Shown: positions 14,947-24,426 of the stretch, in pieces
Layout: every line of letters begins with the position of its first letter
Position numbering within the stretch: position 1 is the first letter of the stretch
Assembly (NCBI RefSeq): GCF_040100845.1
Contig: NZ_JAZHSH010000001.1
Span: forward strand, 3,947,772 to 3,987,771
From: Chengkuizengella sp. SCS-71B
Lineage (GTDB): Bacteria > Bacillota > Bacilli > Paenibacillales > KCTC-33759
Length of the DNA stretch: 40,000 bases
Reading direction: 5' to 3'
Notes under the pieces: model-generated
The model's database searches: none
What the model was told of the DNA's origin: nothing
Seen by the model: the letters and a program-made list of their open reading frames with translations, nothing else
Translations under genes and position numbers: made by a program

Positions 14947-17065
14947 AGACCCCCTCAGCTGAAGCTCTGATCTCCTCTTTCATTGATCGTTCAATTTCCC
15001 TTACTACTTCTTCAACATCCACCTTCTCAGTTATATCGCCTGTCTGTACTTGAACTACTGGAGTTAGGGTTACAAAATTTTGAATGTTTCTCATTTCTGC
15101 TAAATCACGCATCATTTTTAAATCTTCACTTGATATATCAACCGTATCCTTAATTTTACCTACCTCATCCACTCTCCCGATGTTGAGTTTATCCATATCT
15201 ACACTAAAGTCTTTAATATCAGGTAAGCTAAATTTTCCTTTTAGATTTTTGATAGCGTTATAACCAGCACTATATGCATCGTTATAATTCATACGTTTCA
15301 ATCCTAAATCATTAACGTTTAGATTGAGCTCATTCATTATCTTTTTGTAGTTTTCATCTGGTGCATATTTTTGAACTGCTGCATCAGCCATATTTTTTAG
15401 CCCTGAACGCCAGCTTGCTACTGAATCCGCCATATTTGAACCGAAAACAAAATCCATAGCAGATGCAATTTTTTGAAGGGTAGCAAGCACACTATCAGCC
15501 ATGCTTTGGAATAAATAAATAATGGATGAAACTGGGCTTGTAAACACATTACCTATGAAGTTTGCAATTCTTATAAATGGATTCACTAAAGCATTGATTA
15601 CACCAAGAATATGTTCAAATATAGCTAAAAGTAAATTCCATATATAAGCACCCATCGTTGCAAATGAACCAATGATAACTCCTGTTGCTGAAATACTTGT
15701 ACCTGCAAACTTGTTGATGATTGCGATAGCTCCATATATTGCCGCAATGATTGCGACTATGGATAGTACCACAAGTCCAATAGGGTTGGCTAACATAGCC
15801 ACATTTAAACCCCATTGTGCAACCGTTAAACCTCTTGTAGCTGCAATATCGGCAATCGTTGCCCTTGTTTTTGCTGCTATTGCCAGTGCTTGAATGGTTT
15901 GAATCCCTGTACTTATCCCCTGAACTATATTATTTGCAACAAGGGCAGCGGTATAGGTACCTACTACAGCAACAACCCCCCATACTATAGGTTCAATAAT
16001 GGACCATTTGTTTTTTATAAATGTTGACACAGCAATAACCATATCAACTACAATCCCAAGTACACCTGCGAGAACGGCCATTGAGCTGGATACGGAATTT
16101 ATAGCGGATGTACCAACATCACTATTGATAAAGTTATTCACTGTTTGTATTACAGGTGAAAAACTCTTGATTGCTTTGTTTTTGATTTGCGTCCACACTG
16201 TACCGAATGTCTTGGGCATTGTTGTGAACTTTTCATTGATTTCATCTGCAGCATGGAACATTGCACCTTTGATGATATCAGCTGTAATGGTTCCCTCTGC
16301 TGACATATCCTTCAGCTCACCTTTCGATTTCCCACTGAAATCTGCAATCGCCTGTGCTAACATTGGAGCATTTTCCATAATAGATCTAAATTCATCACCC
16401 TGAAGCTTGCCTGCAGCCATGGCTTGTGTGAGCTGATACATCCCTGCTTGTTGTTCTTGAGTAGATGCACCGCCAACCTTAAAGCTCTTTTGCATAAGTT
16501 CAGTAAAGCCGATTAACTCATCGTTATTTCTAAAAGACTCAGATGCAAGCATACCCATTTTTCCAGCCGCTGTTGCGAAATCCGTATAGTTCCCTCTAGA
16601 ATTATTAGCCGCGACAAAAATCTTGTCCTGGAGTTCTCCTGTTGTTTGACTACCATCATTGATCATGTCTAATCTCGCAAGACTATTTATATAATCATCG
16701 CTAATATTCATTGCGGATCGCGTTCCTTGAAAAGTTAAATATGCAGCAGCCATCCCTTTTATGGTATTCATCAAGTTGTTTACTTCACTTTTCCCCGCTC
16801 TAACTGATCGATTAAATCTGTTCTGTGAAGTTGTGGATTGATTAATCGCATTTCTGATGTCTATTTCAGCAGATCGAATTTGTTGTCTTGCCGCCTCAAA
16901 ACTCCTACCTACTGTATTTGTTTGGCTTGATGTGTTATTTAGTTCCTCCATAGCTGAGGTAGTAATGTTTAAGGCTTGAGTTATTTTTTGTAATGGTCGA
17001 GATATAGAGTCAAATAGTTGTAAACTTGATTGTACATTCAGTTTATTCACCCCCCTTTCGGGCAT
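14933..17065 (-). CDS. Tail tape measure protein
   Basis: About 710 aa, with helical N- and C-terminal parts and a long Gly/Ala/Ile-rich multi-TM core. It lies after the chaperone genes. The track's TTG start at 17080 falls in a terminator loop, so ATG 17065 is preferred, but the start remains uncertain. Confidence 0.85.
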   Translation of the reverse strand: MPERGVNKLNVQSSLQLFDSISRPLQKITQALNITTSAMEELNNTSSQTNTVGRSFEAARQQIRSAEIDIRNAINQSTTSQNRFNRSVRAGKSEVNNLMNTIKGMAAAYLTFQGTRSAMNISDDYINSLARLDMINDGSQTTGELQDKIFVAANNSRGNYTDFATAAGKMGMLASESFRNNDELIGFTELMQKSFKVGGASTQEQQAGMYQLTQAMAAGKLQGDEFRSIMENAPMLAQAIADFSGKSKGELKDMSAEGTITADIIKGAMFHAADEINEKFTTMPKTFGTVWTQIKNKAIKSFSPVIQTVNNFINSDVGTSAINSVSSSMAVLAGVLGIVVDMVIAVSTFIKNKWSIIEPIVWGVVAVVGTYTAALVANNIVQGISTGIQTIQALAIAAKTRATIADIAATRGLTVAQWGLNVAMLANPIGLVVLSIVAIIAAIYGAIAIINKFAGTSISATGVIIGSFATMGAYIWNLLLAIFEHILGVINALVNPFIRIANFIGNVFTSPVSSIIYLFQSMADSVLATLQKIASAMDFVFGSNMADSVASWRSGLKNMADAAVQKYAPDENYKKIMNELNLNVNDLGLKRMNYNDAYSAGYNAIKNLKGKFSLPDIKDFSVDMDKLNIGRVDEVGKIKDTVDISSEDLKMMRDLAEMRNIQNFVTLTPVVQVQTGDITEKVDVEEVVREIERSMKEEIRASAEGVYGHE

Positions 17066-17091
17066 AGAAAAAGCACCCAAAATGGATGCTT
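17066..17091 (-). terminator. Intrinsic terminator following the secreted-protein moron
   Basis: On the minus strand: AGCATCC-atttt-GGGTGCT followed by TTTTTCT. It lies 12 nt after the stop at 17106 and abuts the tape measure start. Confidence 0.65.
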
Positions 17092-17105
17092 GAATTTAAT
17101 ACGTT

Positions 17106-17921
17106 TTATTGTGTTATTACTTCTGCTTCTATGAGGTCCTGTATGTTGTAATAGTTATAGAATAGACCTTTATAATTATATCTTTTTATTCTAATGTTGT
17201 TTATTGTATCCTTACCAGTTTTTTCAAACCAATCTTCGTTTAGATTCAATTCAAGTAATATTTCTGATGGCAAGGAGAGTGTTTGAAGATATATGTCTGT
17301 ATCAACTATATTTTCTCTAATTGCAAAAATATTAAAAAGCAAATCCCTAGAAACCCACCCGTCTGTTAATTTAGGTGGTAATTCAATTCCTTTATCTTTT
17401 GCACGTATAAGATTAACATCATCCTCATCCACAAAATATTCAAAATCATCTGAAAAATCATCATACTTTTGATACGCTACCTTTTCCCCTGGATAATCCT
17501 GATAACTTTCTAAGATGACAAAACCTGATACCTTCTCTTGTTCAATCACAATCAATTCAGGTGTTAAATTTGGAGGAAGGAGACGTTCTTTATCAGGATC
17601 AGCGAGGTCCTTTTCTAAAACGATGTTCTCATCACTGATATCCACTGTATTATTCGTTGATATCTCTACTTGTTTTAGTTCATTATTCCACCTATAGTCT
17701 AATCCAGCGATATCTCCAATTTTGGAAAGTGGTATATAGGTACGTCCGTTATAATTCATGATTGGATTTCCTTGATCTACATACTGCACACCATCAACTA
17801 ATACAGGTTGTGTAAATTCAGTTAAAATATACTCTTTTACTGCTGAAAAAGCTGGACTAGTTACTGAAAATGAAAGACCAATGAGTAATCCTACCGTAAG
17901 ACCAATTATACTTTTCTTCAA
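17106..17921 (-). CDS. Secreted protein with a copper-amine-oxidase-N-terminal-like 'stalk' domain (moron)
   Basis: It has a Sec signal peptide (MKKSIIGLTVGLLIGLSFSVTSPAFSA|V) and a stalk motif (NYNGRTYIPLSKIGDIAGLDYRWNNELKQVEI). The start is TTG with a GGAGGG Shine-Dalgarno. It interrupts the chaperone-tape measure junction. Confidence 0.7.
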   Translation of the reverse strand: MKKSIIGLTVGLLIGLSFSVTSPAFSAVKEYILTEFTQPVLVDGVQYVDQGNPIMNYNGRTYIPLSKIGDIAGLDYRWNNELKQVEISTNNTVDISDENIVLEKDLADPDKERLLPPNLTPELIVIEQEKVSGFVILESYQDYPGEKVAYQKYDDFSDDFEYFVDEDDVNLIRAKDKGIELPPKLTDGWVSRDLLFNIFAIRENIVDTDIYLQTLSLPSEILLELNLNEDWFEKTGKDTINNIRIKRYNYKGLFYNYYNIQDLIEAEVITQ

Positions 17922-18007
17922 TCGTATCCCTCCTAAATTGATTCCTCTATGCTGACTATCATTCTATCATTCGTTGGATGGTTTTACCATATAAGAGGGT
18001 ATACGAT

Positions 18008-18603
18008 CTATTTTTTCTTTGGTTTCTTTTGAAGTTGTTTTTCTTTCTCAATCCGAATATCGATCATGGCGTAAATAGCAGCTTTTTCTCTTATAGACAT
18101 CTTTGCAAGCTCATGTGGTAAGATGTTCAATTCATAAAGGGCGTAGTTAGCGTAATTAAATTCACCATCGCCGCCCTTAATTAGTTTTTTACTTCATCAA
18201 TCAATTCCCCTATGTCTTTATTAAAGCCATTTATACTCATGACATTTTGGATGAGGGTAGAGTACTCTCCTGGTAACAGCATTTTACGTAATAGGACCTC
18301 GGCACCCATCACACCGTAAGATTTTTGCAATTCAGCATCTTTTAGATTAGGATACTGTATGCTTAAAACGGCTAGTTTTGCAGCATATTCATCTTGGTTT
18401 GTTTCAGGAATATAAACACCATTCTTCGCTTTCACCTTTCTAGTCGCTGCCTTTCTACATTGCTCATTTTCTTCTTCGGTCATGCTTTTTATTTTCCATG
18501 CCATAGGTTCGCCATTACTGCCTTTGAATCTATTTGAAATGATAACCTCTTCAATCAATTCTGAACTAACATTCTCTGCAAAAAATAAACTTAAATCACT
18601 CAT
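18008..18603 (-). CDS. Predicted -1 frameshift fusion of the tail assembly chaperone (G/GT-type long form)
   Basis: The -1 frame is open from the slippery site through to TAG at 18008-18010. It would append LIKGGDGEFNYANYALYELNILPHELAKMSIREKAAIYAMIDIRIEKEKQLQKKPKKK. This region has no independent start codon or Shine-Dalgarno. Confidence 0.6.
18181..18603 (-). CDS. XkdN-like tail assembly chaperone (short form)
   Basis: It matches PBSX XkdN closely (EEVIISNRFKGSNGEPMAWKIKSMTEEE…, YPNLKDAEL, LLRKMLLPGEY, INGF…LIDEVKN). Confidence 0.85.
   Translation of the reverse strand: MSDLSLFFAENVSSELIEEVIISNRFKGSNGEPMAWKIKSMTEEENEQCRKAATRKVKAKNGVYIPETNQDEYAAKLAVLSIQYPNLKDAELQKSYGVMGAEVLLRKMLLPGEYSTLIQNVMSINGFNKDIGELIDEVKN
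18184..18190 (-). other. A_AAA_AAC -1 programmed frameshift slippery heptamer
   Basis: The minus strand reads GTA AAA AAC TAA. This is an X_XXY_YYZ heptamer in the correct phase, immediately before the zero-frame stop. Confidence 0.6.
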
Positions 18604-18614
18604 CCATATTCCTC

Positions 18615-19079
18615 CTATCCTAGTGTTGGTTTTATAAATGAATCGTCGATTTCAACATCTTCAAACGTAAATGAAACTTCTTCTTCTAAAAATTCACTGT
18701 CAGTATCTAATGAAGCCATGACAACACTATCTAAATTAACCCCTTTTAAGGTAACGGTTTGTTTTCCAATACTAGAAGATGGATCTTGATTAATCACCAC
18801 AATATCAAAGTAGGTATCCTTACCTTCTTTGATATACTTATACATCAGCTGACGAAATAAGGTTGTCACATAGAAAATCGTCATACTGCCCGCTCCACTC
18901 CAACCGGTCGCTTTATGTTGTGTACCTCTACGACCTAATGTTTTAATTTCTGCCTTGTTCTTTTCTGCTGTAGCTTCAAGGGATTTAACATAAAACATCT
19001 CCTCATTTTGTCCATTAATTGTGGCATAAGCCCGACCTTCTTGACCAGATATAGCGTCATTTGAATTTAGAAAACCCAT
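18615..19079 (-). CDS. XkdM-like tail tube protein
   Basis: 154 aa. It has the GQEGRAYATINGQNEEMFYVKSLEA…GWSGAGSMTIFY pattern typical of the XkdM family. It lies after the sheath gene. Confidence 0.85.
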   Translation of the reverse strand: MGFLNSNDAISGQEGRAYATINGQNEEMFYVKSLEATAEKNKAEIKTLGRRGTQHKATGWSGAGSMTIFYVTTLFRQLMYKYIKEGKDTYFDIVVINQDPSSSIGKQTVTLKGVNLDSVVMASLDTDSEFLEEEVSFTFEDVEIDDSFIKPTLG

Positions 19080-19080
19080 A

Positions 19081-20394
19081 TTATCTCACCTTCACTTTCA
19101 TGTAGATTTTTTCTATCGAATCTACGGGTTGTACACTGGCATCAACATACACACTATCACCATCTGATCCCTGCTCTACCTCAATATCTTGTTGAGCATT
19201 AAAATTTTGGATAGCATTAATGTTTTGCAGACTATCTAAATACTTAATACATTCTTTCTTAAATAAGCCGCGACCATCATCATTATTATCTACTTTCCCG
19301 ATATAGTAGAGTTCAAAAATTCGTTTAAAATCATTGGCTATTCCGTCAAGTACTCGGATCACCCTATTTTTAGAGAATTTTTTCCCCTTCTCAGGTGTAT
19401 AGCTTGTAAATGTATTTATGTCCTGCTCAACCACTGCACGACTTTGACTTGGAACAAAAACAAACTCCCCGGACTTTAAAGCCTCTTCAATTTGTGCATT
19501 TGTGTAACGGGTATCTACATCTATGGCATCATCATAAGCTTCATAGGTTAGCGACTGATTGATTTGAGCGCCTGCGGTTGCTGCGGCTACCCAAACGGTA
19601 GATTCACTCGAATCCAACACGGTTCCTTCAGCAAGGATAACGCCATTCTTAACACTGATGACACCCTCATGATCAGCAATAGGATAGTTTTCTACAACAA
19701 GCTGCGTCTTTCGACCTTCATCACGTAATCGCCTTATAAAAGCAGCGAAAACCGATTTTAGTGTGGCATCTTTAGAAGCTAGTGCAATAGTATTAAAATC
19801 TTGCACTTCAACTGCATTTAAATAATCAGAGTAATTCCCATTCGTCACTGATCCGTCTTCTCCACCTGTAAGTGTAGCTCCCGCAGTGATGGTTAAAGCT
19901 CCACTGCCGATAAAATCAACCCATACATTATTTTGTAATTCTTCGATGTTAGCAACGGTTTGTGTATCTACCTCTCCACCATCAAGCAGTGTCATCACAT
20001 CAAATTTAGCACTGTCATCGATATTGGTTTGTATCACGAGTGTAAGATCATTTCCTCTTTCTCCGCCATATTTTGCTGTCGCAGTTAAACTTCCAACGGT
20101 TACGGTTGCTTTTGTTCCTTCATTTAATCGGTATAGGAGTAAAGTTTGCGCCCTTTTCAATGCTTCTTTTACTAACAAAAGCTTTTCATCTGTAATGTCA
20201 TATCCAAGTTTGTCAAATACATTTTCTCCTGCATATATGGGTAGTATCTTTTGTGACTCTCCCCAACTGAGAGATAAAGCTACGGTAACAACCCCTCTAT
20301 TCCCAGCACTTCCTAATGTTGAGCCCCCATCAACAAAGTTAATGTAAACTCCTGGACGGGTTTTATTTTGAGTAGTAAAAGTACCTCCGGCCAT
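19081..20394 (-). CDS. Contractile tail sheath protein (XkdK-like)
   Basis: 437 aa with N-terminus MAGGTFTTQNKTRPGVYINF, typical of sheath proteins. The order with the tube gene is syntenic. Confidence 0.9.
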   Translation of the reverse strand: MAGGTFTTQNKTRPGVYINFVDGGSTLGSAGNRGVVTVALSLSWGESQKILPIYAGENVFDKLGYDITDEKLLLVKEALKRAQTLLLYRLNEGTKATVTVGSLTATAKYGGERGNDLTLVIQTNIDDSAKFDVMTLLDGGEVDTQTVANIEELQNNVWVDFIGSGALTITAGATLTGGEDGSVTNGNYSDYLNAVEVQDFNTIALASKDATLKSVFAAFIRRLRDEGRKTQLVVENYPIADHEGVISVKNGVILAEGTVLDSSESTVWVAAATAGAQINQSLTYEAYDDAIDVDTRYTNAQIEEALKSGEFVFVPSQSRAVVEQDINTFTSYTPEKGKKFSKNRVIRVLDGIANDFKRIFELYYIGKVDNNDDGRGLFKKECIKYLDSLQNINAIQNFNAQQDIEVEQGSDGDSVYVDASVQPVDSIEKIYMKVKVR

Positions 20395-20561
20395 TAGTTA
20401 ACCTCCTTCTTATAAAAATCATCTAATATCTTTTTGACTTCTTTGATTGAATACGATTGATCCTCTTTAAGTAGAGCATTTAATATATCTTTATCCTTGA
20501 ATTGTTTAGATGCTAGGATTTGCTTTTTTATATACATAGCTTCCTGTTTTTTCTTAGCCAT
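20394..20561 (-). CDS. Small conserved-position phage protein (55 aa), function unknown
   Basis: MAKKKQEAMYIKKQILASKQFKDKDILNALLKEDQSYSIKEVKKILDDFYKKEVN*. It overlaps the upstream stop by 8 nt and is coupled to the sheath start by TAATG. It is not in the track. Confidence 0.5.
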   Translation of the reverse strand: MAKKKQEAMYIKKQILASKQFKDKDILNALLKEDQSYSIKEVKKILDDFYKKEVN

Positions 20562-20967
20562 GTTGAATATCTTCCTCCATTCTTTGCATTTTAGGAACAG
20601 ATTCTATTTCTCTAAGCACATGAAAATCATAATCAACAAAAAAATGCAGCACATTATCAAACACTTCGTGCCGCATCTTTCTACCTCGAATCTTCCCTTG
20701 TGATACTTCTATATATTCCATTTCAGAGTAAAGCTTCTCAGCTACTTTATGTGCATCCTCATTGGACGTAGCAAAGTAATGAATATCAAAGGTATGCATC
20801 CGCTTGTATCTTCTGTTTAATTCTCGTTCCTGTTCAGATAAGAGGATTTTTACAAAGAACTGAGGCACTTTAAGACCTTGCCTTATTTTTTCACCTGTTA
20901 CTTTAACACCAGGGAAAACAAATTTAATTTTAGAAATCACGCCATCTCTGACTGTATTTATGTTCAC
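20554..20967 (-). CDS. XkdJ/YqbJ-like tail completion/terminator protein
   Basis: 137 aa, positioned just before the sheath gene. It has the FPGVKVTGEKIRQGLKVPQFFVKIL pattern seen in this family. Confidence 0.5.
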   Translation of the reverse strand: MNINTVRDGVISKIKFVFPGVKVTGEKIRQGLKVPQFFVKILLSEQERELNRRYKRMHTFDIHYFATSNEDAHKVAEKLYSEMEYIEVSQGKIRGRKMRHEVFDNVLHFFVDYDFHVLREIESVPKMQRMEEDIQHG

Positions 20968-21407
20968 TTCTTGTCATCCCCTTTCTTTCTAGGGCGACCA
21001 TTCATAATTTGGTTCAATAGATCGTCTTGTCTTTTTTTAAGGTATTTAGGGAGCTCCTTCTCAATTTCCTTCATGGAAATAGTCATCATAAAACGACCTT
21101 CTACCCATTTGGTGAGGTCTTGTCCTGTTCTATGACCGTACTCTACAAAAGAAGCATATTCGGTATTATTATAAATTTCTACAACATAAGATTTTGCTCT
21201 ACGTTCTACTTTACCCACCTTCCAATTCCGTCTAAGCTCACCAGAATCTACAGGTGTACGCCTTTTGAACTTTCTTTCTGATCGATAAGCCATTTCGAGT
21301 AAAAACTCTCGGATAAATCTTTCAACGATCCTTTGATCTTTCGCCTTTTTGAAATTCTTGGCCATCTTCTCAAAATCACCAAAGTCAAAGCTTCCCCATC
21401 TAGGCAT
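20964..21407 (-). CDS. HK97 gp10-family head-tail joining protein
   Basis: RTPVDSGELRRNWKVG…YNNTEYASFVEYGHRT is the gp10-family signature. Confidence 0.8.
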   Translation of the reverse strand: MPRWGSFDFGDFEKMAKNFKKAKDQRIVERFIREFLLEMAYRSERKFKRRTPVDSGELRRNWKVGKVERRAKSYVVEIYNNTEYASFVEYGHRTGQDLTKWVEGRFMMTISMKEIEKELPKYLKKRQDDLLNQIMNGRPRKKGDDKK

Positions 21408-21729
21408 AACCTTTCCTCTCCAAGCTAACCTCTTGATGTGAGGAATATATAAACGGTTCTCCAGCTGTATAGTTTAGAGTTCTGCCATAACGAGTCACTA
21501 TAATTTCATCCCCGTGAAGTATTTCTAAATCAGGAGAGATAAAAAGCTTCATTTGATACTGAATATTATTTTGTACTTCGGTTTGGTCGTTTCGCCCTAA
21601 AGATAATTTAGAGAGTTTGCATGGTTCATTTTTGTAAATATTATCAGGTTCTTCATCTTCTAAATATCTTTGAATCGTTGCTCTATCCTCGTACAATTTT
21701 TCTAGTGCTTTACGGTGTTTTGAGTACAC
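21400..21729 (-). CDS. Head closure / head-tail adaptor protein
   Basis: 109 aa, positioned between the gp6-like and gp10-like genes. It has a C-terminal HGDEIIV…Y pattern. Confidence 0.5.
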   Translation of the reverse strand: MYSKHRKALEKLYEDRATIQRYLEDEEPDNIYKNEPCKLSKLSLGRNDQTEVQNNIQYQMKLFISPDLEILHGDEIIVTRYGRTLNYTAGEPFIYSSHQEVSLERKGYA

Positions 21730-21732
21730 GTT

Positions 21733-22080
21733 TTACCACCTCAACTTTCGGTAGCGGTTTAGATCAATTCGGTAGTTTTTAACCACCGTATCAACTCCTT
21801 TAACTCCAACTGATTTTACAGTTGTATCACCGATTTTGGTTTCAAATTCTTCTAAAGCTTCAATCTCTGGAATAGCTACTTTGTTTAAATGGAGTGCATC
21901 GATCGTCATTTTTACCCAAGTAAATTTAAGTCCATCAGGGATGGCTGTGAGATTACAATAGTGAAGCATTCTCAACTCAATTTCTTCGACATAAGACAAA
22001 ATCAATTCATCATGATTAGTTTCTAGAATTTGAAGTCTTGACTTAACAAGTTCTAAAATATCAGAACGTTCAATTGCCAT
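21733..22080 (-). CDS. gp6-like head-tail connector (DNA-packaging/connector family)
   Basis: Its N-terminal pattern LVKSRLQILETNHDELILSYVEEIELRMLHYCNL is typical of Phage_connect_1. Confidence 0.65.
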   Translation of the reverse strand: MAIERSDILELVKSRLQILETNHDELILSYVEEIELRMLHYCNLTAIPDGLKFTWVKMTIDALHLNKVAIPEIEALEEFETKIGDTTVKSVGVKGVDTVVKNYRIDLNRYRKLRW

Positions 22081-22342
22081 TTCCTACACCTTCAAGGTGA
22101 GACTTGATTACGGCTTTAATATCATCTTTTAGAGTAGCTTCTCCTAAGTCGATGTTGTTTTTGGCTGCATATTCTATGAGTTCATCTAACAACATTTCAT
22201 TAATCGTTTTTTGATCTTCCTCTATAACCTCAACCAAACCCTTTATTTTTTCATAATCACTTTCACTAACTTCAAATGGTACATTTACTTTATATGTTTT
22301 TCCATTATGAGTGATTGGAATTCTTTTAGTTTGCACTTTCAT
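22070..22342 (-). CDS. Small head-module protein with a HeH/Rho-N-like C-terminal motif
   Basis: 90 aa. LDELIEYAAKNNIDLGEATLKDDIKAVIKSHLE resembles Rho_N/HeH motifs. It lies directly after the capsid gene. Confidence 0.35.
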   Translation of the reverse strand: MKVQTKRIPITHNGKTYKVNVPFEVSESDYEKIKGLVEVIEEDQKTINEMLLDELIEYAAKNNIDLGEATLKDDIKAVIKSHLEGVGNGN

Positions 22343-22355
22343 AGTAAACCCTCCC

Positions 22356-23375
22356 CTATATTACCTTTGCTTGGAATACTTCATCAGCGGTTGGGAAACT
22401 TGGTAGTGCTGTTGCTACTGCTTTTGTCCAAGTACTCACTGGGTCCGTACCTTCTTCATACACCATCGCTAACACGTTCCCAATCATATTTGCCTTAATG
22501 TTTGGATTACGTGTCAATCGGATTTCCTCGGCAGTTGGTCCATAAATCGTTTCTCCTAAAGCTCCATCAGGTAGCATGACAAATTTATCTTGAGGGAAAT
22601 AACGCTCTTTTTGATAGCTTCCTCCTTTGAGTTGTCTTCTGTACACATTGTCATTGGTTGCAATCGTAGGCAGTTCATGTTGAGTTAAGAATGCATTCAA
22701 ATCCTGGCGGGTAGGTATGCGCATTGAATCCTTCCCAAACAACGCTCCGATGATTTTCGGGTGTTTAAGTAAAGCATTTAAAATCGCTCTTGTTGTTAAG
22801 GCTCTTGTAGGTCTCATATCCAAAGCATCTGCAAAACGTTCCATATCCCCAATCGGATCAGAATTTTCGTCTGTCCATAAGCTTGTTCCACTAAGTGCCT
22901 CTTTGTGATCATCAGGCACTCCATAATCAATTACAGCACTCAGGTTGTTTTCATTTAACGTGATTTTGCCGTTTGCAACGACTTCCATTCTCATAGCTTC
23001 GATTCTAGCTTTTACACCTTGAACAAGGACATCAATATCATTAAACACATCCTTCATTAAATATTGCTGCTCAGTTGAATTTCGTGGGTTTTCAAGGGCA
23101 ATGATATTCTTTTCATTTAATCCCATCTTACGTTTGATCAGCGTTAGTTCTAATGCTTGCTTCCCAGCCTCGCGACTTCCAATCTCTGCTTCAGTGTCAA
23201 ACTCATGAACACTTGCAATAACAGGTATTTTCTTTGCTCCTTGGATCATGTCAAACTCAAGGGAACCTCGTTTTACTTCTGGGAAAAGTGTTTCACCCAT
23301 GTATGCTGGGTATTGTCTATTTTTTTGATAGTTTAAAACTTCTATTTGATTAAATAGTTCTAGTATAGTTGCCAT
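22356..23375 (-). CDS. Major capsid protein (lambda gpE / XkdG-like family)
   Basis: 339 aa with N-terminus ILELFNQ…YPAYMGETLFPE… and the …PSFPTADEVFQAKV end typical of E-family capsids. It follows the scaffold and the small head protein. Confidence 0.85.
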   Translation of the reverse strand: MATILELFNQIEVLNYQKNRQYPAYMGETLFPEVKRGSLEFDMIQGAKKIPVIASVHEFDTEAEIGSREAGKQALELTLIKRKMGLNEKNIIALENPRNSTEQQYLMKDVFNDIDVLVQGVKARIEAMRMEVVANGKITLNENNLSAVIDYGVPDDHKEALSGTSLWTDENSDPIGDMERFADALDMRPTRALTTRAILNALLKHPKIIGALFGKDSMRIPTRQDLNAFLTQHELPTIATNDNVYRRQLKGGSYQKERYFPQDKFVMLPDGALGETIYGPTAEEIRLTRNPNIKANMIGNVLAMVYEEGTDPVSTWTKAVATALPSFPTADEVFQAKVI

Positions 23376-23389
23376 TTATTAATCACTCC

Positions 23390-23710
23390 TTATACAAACT
23401 TCTTAAATGAAATTTTATTCATTGCTGTTTTTGCTTCAGCAGTTGGTGCTGTAGGTAAACGATCTTCTAAAAGCCATGCTTCCACTAACAAAGCCCCGGG
23501 TTGTGGTCCTTCTGTCACATCAGTATCATTGAAGAGAATCCCAATAGCATTAGCGTCATTGCTTGGGTATATCGTGCCAGCAGGTACAATTTTTTTACCT
23601 TCTTCATTCGGAGTCACACCCACGTCTGAAATTTGATATGTGAAACTTGTATACTTTTGACTGGCTAAAAAGTTAATTTGTTCAACTTCTGTTCTTGGTT
23701 TTACGTACAT
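23390..23710 (-). CDS. Small head protein at the decoration-protein position
   Basis: 106 aa, between the scaffold and the E-type capsid gene (the lambda D position). No diagnostic motif was seen. Confidence 0.35.
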   Translation of the reverse strand: MYVKPRTEVEQINFLASQKYTSFTYQISDVGVTPNEEGKKIVPAGTIYPSNDANAIGILFNDTDVTEGPQPGALLVEAWLLEDRLPTAPTAEAKTAMNKISFKKFV

Positions 23711-23725
23711 AAAAAAGCTCCTTTC

Positions 23726-24340
23726 TTAGTCCCAAAAATTATTTTCTTGTTCTTTTCCTGAATCATTTGCTGTTTTTGCAAAACTAGCACCAACACTAGT
23801 ATTTGGATCGTTTTTATCTTTGTCCTTACCTTCAGGTGGAGTAGCACCCTTAAACTTATTCTCGTTACCTTCCTCTTGAACAAATAAAAAAGCCTTGCTC
23901 TCTTGCAACGCTTTGATCTGATCATCGAGTCCAGTTTTTACACTGCCATCCTCATTGATTTCTATTTTTGATTTGTCCAGTAAAGATGTTATGAGATCCG
24001 GATCATGGACCTTTCCATTGACCGCTAATTTAATTGCTGTAGTTACGGACATATCTTTCAATTGATCCTTGTACTCCTGATCCTTCTTCTTATTCTCTTT
24101 TTGAAGCTGTTCAATTTGGTTCGTTAAAGTTTCCTTATCCCCTGCATTCTTCTTAAGCTCTGTAAGCTGTTTATCTCGATCTTTGATGTCTGTTTCTAGT
24201 TGTTTCTTAGCTGTGTTTACCTCATCAAACCTATGCTTAGGAATATGATCTTTATAGTTCCCTTCCACCCTCTCAACAATTGATTTAATTTGCTCTTCTG
24301 AAAGGTTCATACCCTTCAATAAATTCTTTAGCCAATCCAT
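23726..24340 (-). CDS. Scaffolding protein (phage GP20 family)
   Basis: MDWLKNLLKGMNLSEEQIKSIVERVEGNYKDHIPKHRFDEVN… is the GP20 signature. AAAGGA lies 8 nt before ATG 24340, and the track start at 24358 is less likely. Confidence 0.85.
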   Translation of the reverse strand: MDWLKNLLKGMNLSEEQIKSIVERVEGNYKDHIPKHRFDEVNTAKKQLETDIKDRDKQLTELKKNAGDKETLTNQIEQLQKENKKKDQEYKDQLKDMSVTTAIKLAVNGKVHDPDLITSLLDKSKIEINEDGSVKTGLDDQIKALQESKAFLFVQEEGNENKFKGATPPEGKDKDKNDPNTSVGASFAKTANDSGKEQENNFWD

Positions 24341-24426
24341 TACAAATCGTCCTTTCATCTTCGTTTTTTATCCTGGTCTCGGCCAGTGATGTCTTGTTGT
24401 TTTACGCCTAACAATACCAAAACGGC

